Source: Felis catus (lineage: Eukaryota). Taken from it: a stretch of DNA of 64,000 nt. Below the pieces are notes generated by a model, which saw only the letters and a list, made by a program, of their open reading frames with translations, did no database searches and had not been told where the DNA came from. Below are positions 63,341-64,000 of the stretch, in pieces (position 1 is the stretch's first letter; each line of letters begins with the position of its first letter). The DNA lies in assembly GCF_018350175.1 (NCBI RefSeq), contig NC_058368.1, positions 69,008,001-69,072,000 on the forward strand, in the 5' to 3' direction. The translations under genes and the position numbers were made by a program.

Positions 63341-63556
63341 CTGGTTACCTTTGGCTTTTATAGCGGGAGGTAAGACCAACTCTCACAAAGGGGCCTTCCG
63401 CCCAATAGGACGGAGGTTTACTTGATGGGCAGCTAAACAGTGACAAATGTCCACTACAATGATTGACTATGTGGGGTTTTTTCAGTCTTCAAATCTAATC
63501 TTAATCTGCTGTCTTTTTTTATGGCCCACAGAAACTCTCTGATGAGGATTACAACT

Positions 63557-63558
63557 CT

Positions 63559-63630
<72 letters not shown>

Positions 63631-63832
63631 TTAAGTTTTATTTATTTATTTTGAGAGACAGCATGAGCAGAGGAGGGGCAGAGAAAGAGGAAGAGAGAGA
63701 GAGAATCCAAAGCAGGCTCCACACTGTCAGTGCAGATCCTGATGCAGGGCTCAAACTCACAAACCATGAGATTATGACCTGAGCCAAAATCAAGAGTCGA
63801 CGCTTAACTAACTGAGCCACCTAGGTGCCCCC
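63557..63832 (-). mobile_element. Can-SINE whose tail has expanded into a (TTTC)n microsatellite (63557-63630)
   Basis: Reverse-complement SINE ending GGTGCCCC; tetranucleotide array directly visible. Confidence 0.96.
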
Positions 63833-64000
63833 AAATTCTTCTTTCTTGCCCACGTATTTGTTTGATTTCTCTTTCTGAGATGCTATTTTTTGCATTTTTC
63901 CTGCTCTGAAAATGCTATGTCTTACAATCAACGAAAATTAGGGATTCATCCATGAAAAATTGACATCTTACAATCAATTAAAATTAAACTTGTCAACTTT

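Noticed and set aside
701..63820. Many short ORFs reading like MAQSV..SAQVMIS..SGSVLTAQSLEPASDSVSPSLSAPP
   Set aside because: These are translations of Can-SINE bodies, not a peptide family
798..63832. SINE heads as tRNA genes, or recurring SINEs as a CRISPR-like array
   Set aside because: tRNA-derived A/B-box heads with CT tract, A tail and TSDs; irregular spacing and both orientations
798..63832. SINE strand bias (about 17 plus versus 9 minus) as evidence of a host gene direction
   Set aside because: Too few elements, and L1 fragments occur in both orientations

Overview
Mammalian genomic DNA, almost certainly felid. The evidence is about 26 tRNA-derived Can-SINEs, most with the feline-type head/body, plus carnivore-type L1 3' ends. 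It is roughly 40% GC by eye, CpG-poor outside young SINEs, with no CpG island. I find no credible protein-coding exon, RNA gene or CRISPR-like structure; the ORF track is explained by repeats, microsatellites and chance. The window looks intergenic or deep-intronic and records layered transposon history: MIR, L2, L1M/HAL1, hAT/Tigger fossils, MaLR and ERV-L LTRs, an ERV-L gag relic, carnivore L1 and SINEs of several ages. Most notable are an ~800-bp GAT/GGT trinucleotide array with higher-order structure next to a MIR tail, a tail-less inverted SINE fusion, a target site used twice (SINE then L1), four very young SINEs, and several repeat-free islands rich in TF motifs. I see no support for a new biological system. 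Repeat family names come from remembered consensus sequences, and boundaries of old repeats are approximate.
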